A stretch of DNA of 64,000 bases from Williopsis jadinii. Taxonomy: Eukaryota. The notes under the pieces are model-generated. The model was given only the letters and a program-made list of their open reading frames with translations. It had not been told where the DNA came from and searched no databases. Every line of letters begins with the position of its first letter. Position 1 is the stretch's first letter. Shown piece after piece: positions 24,688 through 36,693 of the stretch. Where the stretch lies: NCBI GenBank assembly GCA_024346625.1, contig AP024666.1:1240001-1304000 (forward strand). The letters are read 5' to 3'. A program made the translations under genes and the position numbers.

Positions 24688-25007
24688 GTGGTTGTATATG
24701 ACGGGTACTTGGGCAAAATGAAGAGAATATCCCGCATTTAATGCTTAAACACACTCAAAAATCGTCATCAAGTAGTCAACATCTGTCCTTCTGGGATATC
24801 CCCCTTAGAATCATAAAGCAGGACCCGTCCACCACCATAGTTAAAATGCCACATTTTTCCCTATCTCGCACCGGCTAGGAAAATAGGAAAAACAAACATC
24901 AAAACAACCACAAAAAGAGGAAAAAAAGCTTCTCGTCCTCATCACTCAAAACAAAAACAAAACTAAAAGATAAGCGCTGAAATACTCACTGAGATAAGCC
25001 CCTCAAA

Positions 25008-26573
25008 ATGAGAAAGTGTAAGAGTTGTGGATGCACAGACTTCACACGTGATATCCATAGTGCGTCGTCCGACTTGGCTTGTTCCAAGTGTGGTCGTGTC
25101 TATGAAGATGCCCCTATTGTCTCTGAAGTGACGTTTGGTGAGGCTTCAAATGGTGCTGCTGTTGTTCAAGGTTCGTTTGTCGGTGCCGACCAGTCACATG
25201 CGACGTTTGCCACCGGTCCTCGTGGTAACTCCATGGACTCAAGGGCAAAGACATTGGCCAGTGCAAAGAGAAAAATCAAAGCAGTGTCTAATGCTCTCAG
25301 GATTCCTGACTACGTTGGCGATGCAGCCTACCAATGGTTTAGTTTGGCGCTGGCCAATAACTTTGTCAAGGGAAGACGCTCGCAGAATGTCATTGCAGCA
25401 TGTCTCTATATAGCTTGCCGTAAGGAAAAGACACACCATATGCTCATTGATTTCTCCGCTCGCCTACAAATATCGGTGTTTTCAGTGGGTGCAACCTTCC
25501 TGAAAATGGTGAAGTTGTTACACATCACATCGTTACCTTTAGCTGACCCTTCTCTATTTATCCAACATTTTGCCGAAAAGCTGGAATTTGGTGATGATAA
25601 GGTTAAGATCGTCAAGGACGCCGTCAGACTTGCACAAAGAATGGCGGATGATTGGATACACGAAGGTAGAAGACCAGCCGGTATAGCTGGTGCTTGTCTT
25701 CTCCTAGCAGCAAGAATGAACAACCACAGAAGAACGCATGCAGAAATCGTTGCGGTGGCACACGTTGGTGAAGATACTCTTCAGAGAAGATTAAACGAGT
25801 TCAAAAGTACACATTCAGCGAAACTTACAGTGAAGGCCTTTAGAGAAGCGGAGTATATTGAACCGTCTGAACCACCTTCTTTTCAACGTAATCGTGAACA
25901 AAAGATCCGCATTATAGAGTCTCTGGGAACTTCCAAGCGTGATAATGATCCAGCACAGTTGAAGGATTTGGAAGACTCTAGTGAACTGAAATCGCTGATT
26001 GCCAATGTGGATCTGAACTCCAAGGAGATCCTGGAGCAGCTTGAAAGAGTGAAGAAGAGACAAGAACAAGACCGGGAAAGATTAATATCTGCGAACAACA
26101 TCAAGCTGGAATCGAAGGAGGATACAGCAGAGGACTCTGACAGACCAAGAAACCTTCATAAGCTACCCACAACCGCCGATGTTCTTGCCAAGATCCCATC
26201 GCACCCTGAAAACTTTGACGATATTGATGATGATGAGATTGAGGTATTTCTTCTAACCGAGGAAGAGTCGCTTTTAAAGGAACGTGTATGGACTGGATTG
26301 AATGAGGAATTTCTTCTGGATCAAGAACAAAAGAGGCTGAAAGCTGAAGCTGATGAAATCTCGGGCCACCAGCAGCCACGCAAGAAGAGGAAACAAGTCA
26401 AGAATGAGTCCGATACGCTCAACGACTTGGAAAATGATGGCATCCAAGGCGCATTGAAGAACATTGGAGAGGCCTCTTCAGCCTCCATGGCTGCAAGAAG
26501 CATGCTTTCGAGAAAGGCGCAGTCCAAGAAGATCAATTACCACGCACTGACCAACTTATTTGACACGGAGTAA
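25008..26573 (+). CDS. BRF1: TFIIIB subunit Brf1
   Basis: Zn ribbon CKSC..CSKC, PIVSEVTFGE, cyclin repeats (GRRPAGIAGACLLLAARM) and C-terminal SKKINY. Confidence 0.97.
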   Translation: MRKCKSCGCTDFTRDIHSASSDLACSKCGRVYEDAPIVSEVTFGEASNGAAVVQGSFVGADQSHATFATGPRGNSMDSRAKTLASAKRKIKAVSNALRIPDYVGDAAYQWFSLALANNFVKGRRSQNVIAACLYIACRKEKTHHMLIDFSARLQISVFSVGATFLKMVKLLHITSLPLADPSLFIQHFAEKLEFGDDKVKIVKDAVRLAQRMADDWIHEGRRPAGIAGACLLLAARMNNHRRTHAEIVAVAHVGEDTLQRRLNEFKSTHSAKLTVKAFREAEYIEPSEPPSFQRNREQKIRIIESLGTSKRDNDPAQLKDLEDSSELKSLIANVDLNSKEILEQLERVKKRQEQDRERLISANNIKLESKEDTAEDSDRPRNLHKLPTTADVLAKIPSHPENFDDIDDDEIEVFLLTEEESLLKERVWTGLNEEFLLDQEQKRLKAEADEISGHQQPRKKRKQVKNESDTLNDLENDGIQGALKNIGEASSASMAARSMLSRKAQSKKINYHALTNLFDTE

Positions 26574-26855
26574 CCAACTCCCTAAACGGACACCACGTGT
26601 ACATGACACTAACCATCTGTTTTATAACAATAAAGGCAATATAATGAGAACGAGTAGGTTATGTGTAGCATCCACTGCTGTAATAGCTATTAATCAATAT
26701 AGATGTTCGGGTGTTGAGAAGCTGGTACGTGCCACATCTCATCATGCAGCCCGAAAAAAAATTCAAAGGGCATCTCTCATTTCTTTCACTTCAAGTTTGC
26801 AGTCTGAATACATTGATTTCACATTATATTTGTTAATCAAGTGCATTATTTAGCG

Positions 26856-29048
26856 ATGGTCAAGAAAAGAGGAGCCGCTATTTTACCTAACAATATCATC
26901 TTACTTCAGAACTTGGTCAAGCGTGATCCGCAGTCGTATCGTGAGGAGTTTCTTCAACAGTACGCGCATTATGAATCTCTTAGGGATTTGTTCGTTGCCA
27001 ACGCTGGTACTCAAGACAGTGCAGAGCTTGCCGAATTGATTGGATTCGTCACTGCTGTGTGTAGCTGTTTCCCAAAGGAGACGGCGAGCTTCCCTGATGA
27101 ACTGAAAACAATGATCTCCAAGAACCATAGATCTTTGAGCCCTGAGTTAAGAGAGAAGATTATACAATGTCTTGTGATGTTGAGAAACAAGAACGTCATT
27201 ACTGCGGAGTCGCTCATCCAAACGATTTTTCCACTGCTGGCAGCTTATTCAGGTGCTTCAAACATGAACAGTCAACACTCAAAGCAACTGCGTCATCAGG
27301 TTTACAGTACGCTTATCACTTTGTTGAAGTCAGTTAATACCGGTGCAAAGAATCAAAAGCTTAATCGTTCTACACAGGCTCTTTTGTTCAATTTGTTGGA
27401 GCAGAAGGACTCCCAAGGTCTGTGGGCAACAAAGTTGACTAGAGAATTATGGAGAAGAGGTATCTGGGATGATTCCCGTACCGTGGAGATCATGACCCAG
27501 GCCACATTGCACCCAGACACGAAAGTGTCCATTTCAGGTGTAAAGTTCTTCCTAGGTGCCGACAAGGAAAGAGAGGAGAACTTTGAAGAAGACTCCGATG
27601 AAGACGGGTTCGATATTGATGGTATGAAGCACAGAATGACCATCAACAAGAAGACTGGTAAAGCCAAGAAGAAATTGGAGAATGCAATGAAGCAGATGAA
27701 GAAGAAAGATAAACCTAAACACTCTGCAACATACTTGAACTTTTCAGCCATTCATCTTTTACGTGATCCTCAAGGATTTGCAGAACAGCTTTTCGACACC
27801 CATATGAACGGTAAGAATGCCAACAAGTTCAACCTCGAGCAGAAAATTGCTCTTATGAACCTTACCTCGAGACTTATAGGTACACACAAGTTGACTGTTC
27901 TCGGTATTTACTCGTTCTTCTTGAAATACTTGACTCCAAAGCAAAGAGATGTGACACAGATTATGGCAGCAGCTGCCCAAGCTTCCCATGATTTGGTTCC
28001 ACCAGAGTCCATCAACGTTGTCATTAGAAAGATTGCTGATGAATTCGTCTCTGATGGTGTTGCACCAGAAGTTGCAGCAGCTGGTATCAATACAATCCGT
28101 GAAATCCTTTCCAGAAACCCATTGGCCATTGACGAGACTCTTTTGCAAGACTTGACGGAATACAAGGGCTCTAAATCGAAACCTGTTAACATCGCAGCAA
28201 AGTCTTTGATCTCGTTATACAGAGAAGTCGCACCGGAGATGCTTAAACGTAAAGACCGTGGTAAAGTTGCCTCCATGGAGATCAGCTCAGGGGAGAAGCG
28301 TGGTCTCCCACAGTTTGGTGTCGAGAACAACGTGTCTGGAATTCCAGGTATCGAGCTCTTGGCTCAGTGGAGAAACGATCAAGGTCTCGAAGGTAATGAG
28401 GATGAGGAGGACGATGCCAACTGGGAAGTCGATTCTGGCTCAGATGAAGAAGACATTGACGGCGACTGGGTGACAGTGGAGTCAGACCAGGAGTACAACA
28501 TCAGTGATTCAGAGGACGAGAAGGATAAGAAGGAACAACAGGATAATGATTCCGATTCCGACTTGGACCTGTCTGATGACGAAGATGGCGAGTCTAAGAA
28601 GGAGCAAGCTAACCAAAAGCCAAGCTTGGACCCAGAAGCTGCTTTCAGGGAGCTCGCATCTTCTCGTATCTTGACACCTGCTGATTTCCAAAAGATTGAG
28701 GAGCTTAGAACTCAAGCTGGCCTGGATAAGATTATGGGTGTCAAGAGAAGTAGAAATGAGGAGGAAGTTGATTCTTCGTCATTGGTCGGACCAGTGAAGT
28801 ACAAGCAACTACGTGAGGAAAGAATTGCACACGCACAAGAAGGTCGTGAAGATAGAGAAAAGTTCGGTTCTCGTAAGGGTAAGAGAGATGCTCCTCACTC
28901 CACAACGAACCGTGAGAAGGCCAGAAAGAAGAACTTCGTCATGATGATCCACAAGAGAGATGTCCAAGGCAAAGCCAAGAAGTCACTTCGTGACAAACAG
29001 AAGATCCTCAGGGCTCACATCACCAAGCAAAAGAAGAAGGGCTACTAG
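26856..29048 (+). CDS. SDA1: Sda1 pre-60S biogenesis factor
   Basis: [30 protein letters not shown] and [16 protein letters not shown] at 26856. Confidence 0.96.
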   Translation: MVKKRGAAILPNNIILLQNLVKRDPQSYREEFLQQYAHYESLRDLFVANAGTQDSAELAELIGFVTAVCSCFPKETASFPDELKTMISKNHRSLSPELREKIIQCLVMLRNKNVITAESLIQTIFPLLAAYSGASNMNSQHSKQLRHQVYSTLITLLKSVNTGAKNQKLNRSTQALLFNLLEQKDSQGLWATKLTRELWRRGIWDDSRTVEIMTQATLHPDTKVSISGVKFFLGADKEREENFEEDSDEDGFDIDGMKHRMTINKKTGKAKKKLENAMKQMKKKDKPKHSATYLNFSAIHLLRDPQGFAEQLFDTHMNGKNANKFNLEQKIALMNLTSRLIGTHKLTVLGIYSFFLKYLTPKQRDVTQIMAAAAQASHDLVPPESINVVIRKIADEFVSDGVAPEVAAAGINTIREILSRNPLAIDETLLQDLTEYKGSKSKPVNIAAKSLISLYREVAPEMLKRKDRGKVASMEISSGEKRGLPQFGVENNVSGIPGIELLAQWRNDQGLEGNEDEEDDANWEVDSGSDEEDIDGDWVTVESDQEYNISDSEDEKDKKEQQDNDSDSDLDLSDDEDGESKKEQANQKPSLDPEAAFRELASSRILTPADFQKIEELRTQAGLDKIMGVKRSRNEEEVDSSSLVGPVKYKQLREERIAHAQEGREDREKFGSRKGKRDAPHSTTNREKARKKNFVMMIHKRDVQGKAKKSLRDKQKILRAHITKQKKKGY

Positions 29049-29136
29049 ATATTCTTTTATAAAGGTTTAATTCTACATGTACACTATGGTCACGAGAGTA
29101 TTATGTCCCTTTTTATGTACAGCGTTGGAGCAACAA

Positions 29137-29829
29137 CTACTCATCTTTCTTCTTTCCATCTGCTGGAGCAGTCTCAATGACACTGTGGAAGAACTCGAAA
29201 GCCAAGTAGTATGTGAACCCAAGTGATGCAATGAACACGAAGACAAAGGCCCTAGTGATTGGATCAACGTTGAGAAACTCATAAGGGTAAGGGTATGGGT
29301 CTTTGACGACAGATTCCAGGATCACCCAGTAGACAATCAAGAAGAAGGAGATGGCAGCAATGACAGTTTGGTACTTCAGTGGGAACCGTGTTGATCTGTT
29401 CAAGAAGAACTCAGAGGAGAGGAACAGAACCGGGAACAGGTGAATAGTCAGGTCCAAAGCAGTGGTCAAGATGATGCGTTCTTCTTCGTTATCTGGGAAG
29501 AGAAGGGTTGGGTCAATGGCTCTCAGCGTCCAGTAGATGGAGCTGATGAGAGATTCAAACACCAGTGCTGTAGCATTCAAAATTGCTGTCAACTGAACAG
29601 TGAAGAAATCCTCACCGATTTCTGGAATCATGATCAGATAGTTTGACACTATCGACAGAACCGTGACGATCAATGCCAGATCCGTCAAGAACTGGTAGTG
29701 GCCAGCCTCTTGTAGTTGAGGAGGCAATGGGTTATTGAGCTCGGTCTTGAGCCCCCAGAGTGCTAAGGCAAGGCCCAATGTGTTGACTGTGAAGAAAGTT
29801 GATGTTGGAAGCTTGTACGGAGCAGCCAT
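29137..29829 (-). CDS. FAR-17a/AIG1-like multipass membrane protein (putative FAHFA-hydrolase family)
   Basis: GHYQFLT, ISSIYW, DLTIH and YPYEFL motifs; C-terminal KKDE (KKxx). Start is MAAPY at 29829 or the upstream ATG at 29871. Confidence 0.8.
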   Translation of the reverse strand: MAAPYKLPTSTFFTVNTLGLALALWGLKTELNNPLPPQLQEAGHYQFLTDLALIVTVLSIVSNYLIMIPEIGEDFFTVQLTAILNATALVFESLISSIYWTLRAIDPTLLFPDNEEERIILTTALDLTIHLFPVLFLSSEFFLNRSTRFPLKYQTVIAAISFFLIVYWVILESVVKDPYPYPYEFLNVDPITRAFVFVFIASLGFTYYLAFEFFHSVIETAPADGKKKDE

Positions 29830-30448
29830 CGCTATACTGAGTTCCACTATGGAGATGATCCTTATATCCACACTTCAACAGCTCATCAAGACCTGGGGAA
29901 AAGTGCTTTATTATATAGATGCACCTAACTGGGGTATACGTCTCGTGTTATTATACAAGGCTCATGCTATATAATATACAGTGCACTGCGAGATAATATA
30001 TCGGCTCTTTACGGCCGAGTCCCCTAGCACATGGTATGCAAAGTGCTCTTTTCCTTGTATCAATTGCCTTGCTTATGCGTTGCTAGGATGTATGTCACGT
30101 CTCCTCACCTGAAATAACGGTTCTTCGGTCCCGGATATGGTGCTGGAAGAAGCCAAAGGCAGATCTAGTCGATCAGGTGTTGATGTGGAGGTGTGTGCGA
30201 AAGGTGCCGAAGAATGGTTGTTTGAGCATGGGAGGCCATACTTCCGCAAGCAGAGGGTTGTCACGATCAAGAGTGAATCATCTTGAAGCAATGCGTACGT
30301 TAATTCGGGTCCGAACAATGGCTGATCTATAATCTACAATTCTACATCGAATTGATAGCATTTCAGCACATAGTGAAGAGCTCAAATGGGTTCCATCAAC
30401 AAGATGAATGTCTGTATATTTACTCCACCAGACAGAGCACTATGTCAC

Positions 30449-31858
30449 TTAGACCTCTCTCTTGGACTTAACCTTGGTCTTTTTGCTGTGTATATGACTC
30501 TTTGCAGATCTGCTGTTGCTCTCCATGAGTTTCTTCTTATGGTTTCTCTTCTTCTCCCCGAACCCTTCTTTGTCCATAGCCATCAGTGCCTCTCTCTTTG
30601 CAACACTTGTTTCTTGTAAGGAGTGCTTGATAACACCGTTATCCGTGATCTTTTCATACTTGTCCATCTTCTTTCCGATTCTATCTTCGATTGCTAAGAT
30701 TCTGGTGACATCCTTCTCAGAGACAAAACTGATACTCTCACCACTTCTACCAGCACGGGCAGTACGACCAACTCTATGCACAAAGTCGTCAGGGTCTGCT
30801 GGTATATCGTAGTTGATAACAAGTTCCACCGACGGGATATCTAAACCTCTGGACGCAACGTCTGTCGCAATCAAGATTCTGGCAGCACCAGCTTTGAATC
30901 TATGTAGAGAGTTCGTTCTCTCGTTCTGGGGCATCTCAGAGTGCAACGAAGTGACACGAACATCAAGATTTCTCAGGGTTCTTCTCAGAACCTCTGCTGT
31001 GTGGGTTCTATTGACAAAGACAATGGCTGTGAGGTTCTTGTTGTCTTCATGGCTCAAAACACTAAAGAGGTACGCCTCTTTTACGTACGATGGAAGAAAC
31101 AAATAGTGTGTCTGCAGCTTATCTGGAATCGCAACGTTATCAACAGTGTCCACTTCGTGAATAAATACATCTGGCTTTCCCTCCCTTGGTTTCTTGTCCT
31201 TGAGGGCACGGACAGCGTCGGTAACAGTAGCTGTAAATAAAAGAGTCTGTCTCTTCTCAGGCGGCGGTAGAATGGTGAAGCATCTCTCCAGATCGCTAGT
31301 GAAACTATCACTGAGGAGTCTATCCGCTTCATCCAGCACCAAGTACTTGATTCTTCTGAGACTGCCCACGGTATCTTCACCACTGTGCAAGATGTGATCA
31401 GCCAGTCTACCCGGCGTTGCGATTATGAAGTGCGGTCTATTCTTTAGCTGGATAGCCTGTGTCATCATATCTTCTCCACCAACCACCAGTGCGATCTTGA
31501 TGTTAGCGGTGGCACCTAGTGCAGCGAACTGCTCAGCGATTTGCATAGCCAACTCTCGGGTTGGCGTCAGCACCAGGCCAAATGGACCAATGGGATCCTC
31601 TGACCATTGCGTGAGCATTGGTGCTGCGAAAGCAATCGTCTTACCAGAACCGGTCTTAGCACCACCGATACAATCGTGTCCTGTCAATAGTTAGCCATGG
31701 ACTATTGCATACATCTTCAAGAGGTTATATACAGTATACTCACCAGCTAGGATCTTCGGAATGCACGCCTTTTGGATAGCCGTTGGGGTGAAAATCTTCA
31801 TGGCGTTGAGTGACTCCTCGAGCCACTTGGAAACACCGAGCTTGCGAAACTCAGACAT
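30449..31858 (-). CDS. DBP8: DEAD-box rRNA helicase Dbp8; 1 intron
   Basis: AKTGSGKT, LDEADRLL and HRVGRTAR. Exon 1 31858-31744 (MSEFRKLGVSKWL..PTAIQ); intron 31743-31681 (GTGAGT..GCTAAC..CAG). Confidence 0.95.
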
Positions 31859-32055
31859 GACAGAAATACCTTTAGTGATGCTTATAACGCTGCTATAGCA
31901 CTCCTATAGTGAAAGCATTAAAGTGAGCTTTGTGTAACTGGGCGAGAATTTTTTTAGGCGATGACTTACGTAATCATTTCTACAGAAGACCGCGGTGACA
32001 CCTTTTAGGCCGGGTAACAGGATCATAAGTTAGGGAATCATAGTAGCATCATCAA

Positions 32056-33177
32056 CTAATTAAACCCCAAGTACTGCTGTCTGATGTTGTAGATCATTTG
32101 CTGTTGGTCCTGTGGCAGAGTTCTAATCACGTTGGGGTCGAGTTGTAGGACCTGAGCAATAGTGGCGGATTCCTGTGGTGGCATTGAGGCGAGTTTCGCA
32201 GCAGCGCTAGGAGGAAGATTAGGCCATCTTGGATCTGGTTGCTGTTGCTGTTGCTGTTGTTGTATTGCTGGACGACTCACCAGCGGTGATTCCTGCTTTA
32301 TGCTTTGATGCGTTGTGGGATTGGTGACCTGTAGAGCTGTTGTGAGGACGTTGGCATCCACCAGTCCCATTAGGAGCAACGCCTGCACCGTAGCCACTGG
32401 AATGTCCGGATTCACTGAGAAGATCTGCTGTGCCATTGCAGGGTTTGTAGACGCCAATGACTTAACAGTGGAGATCAGTTGAATCATCTGCGGTGGATTC
32501 AACGCTTGTAAATTCTCTGCAATCTTATCCTCAGTGGTGAACGCAGCAGGGTTAAACTGCGGTAGATATTGGGATGCCTTCGTCAATATATCTGGCATCG
32601 GAGTGGCAGCTTTTGGATTGCTAGGCTGTATATGCTGAGGCTCAGGGCTTATAGACTGTTGCGGTTTCACCGTATCCTGTTGTGACACGTAACCGTCAGG
32701 CATAGGCACAGAATCAATCATCTCCTGAGGCAATTGGACATAGAACGGTATATTACTTCTCTCCATGCGCATCACCTGCTTAGGCTGACCATCACTGTAC
32801 TGCTCCTTGGAGAACTCCACCTTGAACTTTCTCTTAGGTCCCAGAAGAACTTGTGATAGTAAATACATGCCCCTTTGAGATTCCTGAGGGGTTTCGTATT
32901 CGATAAAGACATAGCTCTTGGTACGACCTGTGGAATCGATACGAACTCTCACATCTACAATCCTTCCAGATCCCGCAACAACACTGCGCACAGTCGACTC
33001 CGTCCAGTCCTTTGGGATGTTCCCTAGATACAGGACACGAGAATTTGAACCGACAGCATTACCAGCGTCGTTGTTACTTCTAAAGTTATCCGTGTGACGA
33101 TCTGTTCTCTGGCGCTTCTCAGAGCGGTCATCCGACCCTCCTCCACGGCTTCTCAACGAGTAAGCATTCGAAGACAT
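32056..33177 (-). CDS. PTI1: Pti1, CstF-64-like CPF/APT subunit (RRM + hinge + C-terminal domain)
   Basis: RRM LYLGNIPKDWTESTVRSVVAGSGRIVDVR, hinge VQALLLMGLVD and C-terminal QVLQL..LPQDQQQMI. Confidence 0.85.
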   Translation of the reverse strand: MSSNAYSLRSRGGGSDDRSEKRQRTDRHTDNFRSNNDAGNAVGSNSRVLYLGNIPKDWTESTVRSVVAGSGRIVDVRVRIDSTGRTKSYVFIEYETPQESQRGMYLLSQVLLGPKRKFKVEFSKEQYSDGQPKQVMRMERSNIPFYVQLPQEMIDSVPMPDGYVSQQDTVKPQQSISPEPQHIQPSNPKAATPMPDILTKASQYLPQFNPAAFTTEDKIAENLQALNPPQMIQLISTVKSLASTNPAMAQQIFSVNPDIPVATVQALLLMGLVDANVLTTALQVTNPTTHQSIKQESPLVSRPAIQQQQQQQQPDPRWPNLPPSAAAKLASMPPQESATIAQVLQLDPNVIRTLPQDQQQMIYNIRQQYLGFN

Positions 33178-33427
33178 TGCGAGGTGTAGTGAGCTTTACT
33201 GGGTTATCTATTTACACGAGCCGCCTGGTGTTGAGCAAGTTGTCCGTTGTCTGTTCCGTGTTGTTTGTTCAGTGTTTGTTGTTTCGTCGAGCGCCGTGGG
33301 CAAAAAATGGCTGAAAACTTCACTGGTAGGAACCACACTGTATACCAACACAGACTACGTAACCAGTGGCATTCGGTAGACGATAATGGGATGAACCCTC
33401 TCAAGGATCACGAGTATATTCAGTTGA

Positions 33428-34341
33428 TTATAGATTAGCGTAGTTTTTATAAGTCTCTTTGATCTGCAGAATGGACTCTCTCTGCTCTTCAGGAAGTGCG
33501 TTTAGGTCCTCATCGGGGATCTCGAGTACTTGCTTGATCAATTGTCTCTGCTCAGGGCTCAGCTCCTCCTCTTCACCAGCTTCTGATTGTTGAGCGCCCT
33601 GCTGAGGTTGTGCACTTGATTCCTGTTGATTACTGGCGTTGTTCAACAGGATGCTGGCGACTGTATTAGGGTCTACTTTCTGTGTTTGGAATAGCGCCTC
33701 CACAATGGCATAGCTCAGCTGTGGACACTGCGATAGTAGGTTCTCCATCAGCACTGGGTTTCTAATGGACATTGCCTTTGCATCTTTCACTATCTGCTCC
33801 ACCCTTGACTTGTCCAGGGAGTTGATCACCATTGATATGGCGTCGGTATATGACTGGCCCGGTTGCAGTGTCGCTCCTGAAGGCAAAGGAGGCAGGCTAT
33901 CCTCCAGCTTATTCTTAGCTCCTGAGTTACCCAAGGTATTCTCACGACTGTAGTCACATTTCAACTGTCTATTGCCGATGGCGTAGTTGTTCAAATTTCT
34001 CACAGCGGATGAGGCCGTTTCAACATCTTCCAGCAGCGCTATAGTTAGTCAACTTCACTTCTAATAAAACACCACACAAAACAGTGCAAACACCAACTCA
34101 CCCATGTACTCCACAAACGCATATCCCTTTGATCTTCCAGTGTCCTTATCGAACATCATCTCCAACTTCACAACCGGCCCGATGGACTTTGCAATGTCTG
34201 ATACATCATCTATTAGTAAACAATTCGACTCAAGCAAAAGGTTGTGAATATCTCACAGAACATACCCATTATCTGCTCTTCAGTCTGGTCAAACGGAATG
34301 GAACCTATGTAGATCACTTTACTCGGAGGTCTCTCAGCCAT
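33428..34341 (-). CDS. RNA15: Rna15 (CstF-64), CF IA subunit; 2 introns
   Basis: Spliced N-terminus MAERPPSKVIYIGSIPFDQTEEQIM|DIAKSIGPV..DTGRSKGYAFVEYM|DVETASSAVRNLNNY. Introns at 34265-34198 and 34101-34027. Confidence 0.93.
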
Positions 34342-34789
34342 GCTTCTTTACTTTCTTCTATGCCTCTTACCTTCATGTTGTAGCTTCATCGTCTCATCAG
34401 CTCAGCAAAGCGCTTTTCTGTAGTTACTGTTGGTGTCCGGGTGTTACACGCCTATTCGTGAAACCTGCGCCAAAACAAGCGAAGGAGCGCGAAAAAAACA
34501 CACACATAGAAAACACGGGCTGCTGGGCGAAAAACGTCAACATCAAAAAGTCGGTGGTGTTTTCCGTATCAACATTGGACGGAAGTGTTGTTGTGGAGAT
34601 TACCAAATAGGTGTTTGTTTCCCCTGTTTTATAGGTATTTTGCCAGGCTGTGTCGTATAGATTGCAGATAGACATAGTACTTGTGGATAATTGTATTGAG
34701 CTGGACTGCGCTGGCTATCCGAGAACGAGATATACACCTCTTTAACATCGCCCATATTTGGAGAAGTTAGTAATCATTCACACGACACA

Positions 34790-35748
34790 ATGGATGCGAA
34801 GGAGATAAAGACACACATTGTCCATCTGGAGAAGGCCAAGGATGACAAGATCGTGTTAGAGATTCTGAACACCTTGAAGAGGGAAATCAAACCCACCGAG
34901 AAGCTTTTAAGAGTAAGTTTTCTTCAACCATACATGTCTTGAACCCATCTCCCCTGGGGCAGTACTGACAGCGTAATCAGGAGACAAAAGTTGGTATTGC
35001 AGTGAACAAGCACAAGTCTTCCGAGAACAAGGAGATTTCGCAGTTGGTCACCAAGATTATCAAGTACTGGAGGGATGAAGTCTCCAAGGAAAAGAAGCAG
35101 AAGAGTGGGAGTGTCACTGCAAAGAAGCCAGTGCCGGAAACGGGCTCCACCACAACTTCTAATGGCAATGAACCTAAGAAAGAGGAAAAGTACGTCGCCC
35201 ATCAACCTCGTAACGATAAAAATGATGGAGTAAAGACAGAGGTTTACGAGAATAAGATGAGAAACAATTGTGTTAGAGTGTTGTACAACGCGCTATGCTT
35301 CGACTCGGAACATCCTCCTCATGCGGTATTAGCCGTTGCAAAGGACATTGAACGTGAAGTGTTCAAGGCAGAGAAAATGGACACCAGCTCAAACTCCAAA
35401 TATGCACAGAGACTGAGAACGTTGACATCAAACCTGAGACAGAAGAATAACCCTGAGCTGAGACAGAGAGTCATCGATGGTGAATTGGCTGCCTCCCAAC
35501 TTATCAACATGTCGACGAAGGAATTGGCGCCGGAATCCCTTAAAAAGGAACTGGAAGAGATCAAGAAGAAGAACCTGTTCAACGCACAAGGCGCCACGCA
35601 AGAGAGAGCCGTCACAGATAGATTCACATGTGGTAAGTGTAAAGAGAAGAAGGTCAGTTACTACCAATTGCAGACCAGATCTGCTGATGAGCCTCTAACA
35701 ACTTTTTGTACGTGTGAAAACTGTGGCAACAGATGGAAATTCTCCTGA
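34790..35748 (+). CDS. DST1: Transcription elongation factor TFIIS; 1 intron
   Basis: C-terminal CGKCK..QLQTRSADEPLTTFCTCENCGNRWKFS. Exon 1 34790-34912; intron 34913-34980 (GTAAGT..TACTGAC..CAG). Confidence 0.97.
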
Positions 35749-36002
35749 GCTGCTGCTTGATACCCCTGGTACCTATTATATATACATATACCTCTGTTCT
35801 ATACCCTATTCCACCACTGTATCGTGTATTACTATTTGTTTTGGTTGTAAATGAACCGTTGTGGTGCATAGCCGAAATGAAGTGTGTGACGCAAAAGTAA
35901 CGTCAATTGCGGGCTCTCATATTGGCTCATGTCAAATGTACAAAAATCGAACGACATAACAATACATTTGACAACAGTAAACATTGGAGGAACGAGACGA
36001 AA

Positions 36003-36527
36003 ATGTTCAGAAGACAAGCTACACTACAGATTGGGTCATTCAGAGCTGTATGTAAGCAGCGTGTGTCGAGTTTGAGCTCAACAGTCTTTGTCTCGAAGAG
36101 ATGCTACGCCTCAGAGAACCATAATATGAATCCGAAGGTTGTTGATCTCATCTACAAGATGCAAACCACCCCCTCAGTCATGGACGCGCTAAGACATTTT
36201 GAGGAGCTTGTAGATAAGAAAGGGTTGAAGGAGCAAGCCGGGTTTGGAAGATTTATATCGATGATGAAAGATAAAGAGGTGGAGGAAGCTCTGCGTAATG
36301 GTATGCAGAAGTCAAGCATTTACACATTCTATGAATCCTACTAACGAAAAATTGAATAGTAATGATCGAGATGGAGAAGGCCGGTATCACAATCTCACAA
36401 GATATGTAAGTACCTGGTTTTCATTCATGGCTTTTGAGAATGCTGTGAATGTATTCAGACTATGTATACTAATCCTTTGCACAGAGTGGAACCAATATTG
36501 AAGTCCATGACTTCAGGAAAGAAGTAA
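36003..36527 (+). CDS. Uncharacterised ~128-aa protein with mitochondrial-type presequence; 2 introns
   Basis: Exons 36003-36300, 36360-36405 and 36485-36527. Introns GTATGC..TACTAAC..TAG and GTAAGT..TACTAAT..CAG splice in frame. Arg/Ser-rich N-terminus ends in RCY|A. Confidence 0.7.
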
Positions 36528-36693
36528 TTGGTCGCACAATCGATGGGAGCTATTGTGAATGCTATGCACATGTATACTATGATGTGAAGCTATGTAAACC
36601 GATCATCAGTCAACAGTTTAACATACGTTATCTACCTTATTCTTTATGCTTTTAAATTGTCCATAGTATTGAGTACTTTATATAAAGCACTCT

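Noticed and set aside
30030..30330. Small ORFs between the AIG1-like gene and DBP8 (e.g. 49-aa MVLEEAKG.. on +, 81-aa on -)
   Set aside because: No recognisable motif or usable splice signals, so I cannot support them as genes.
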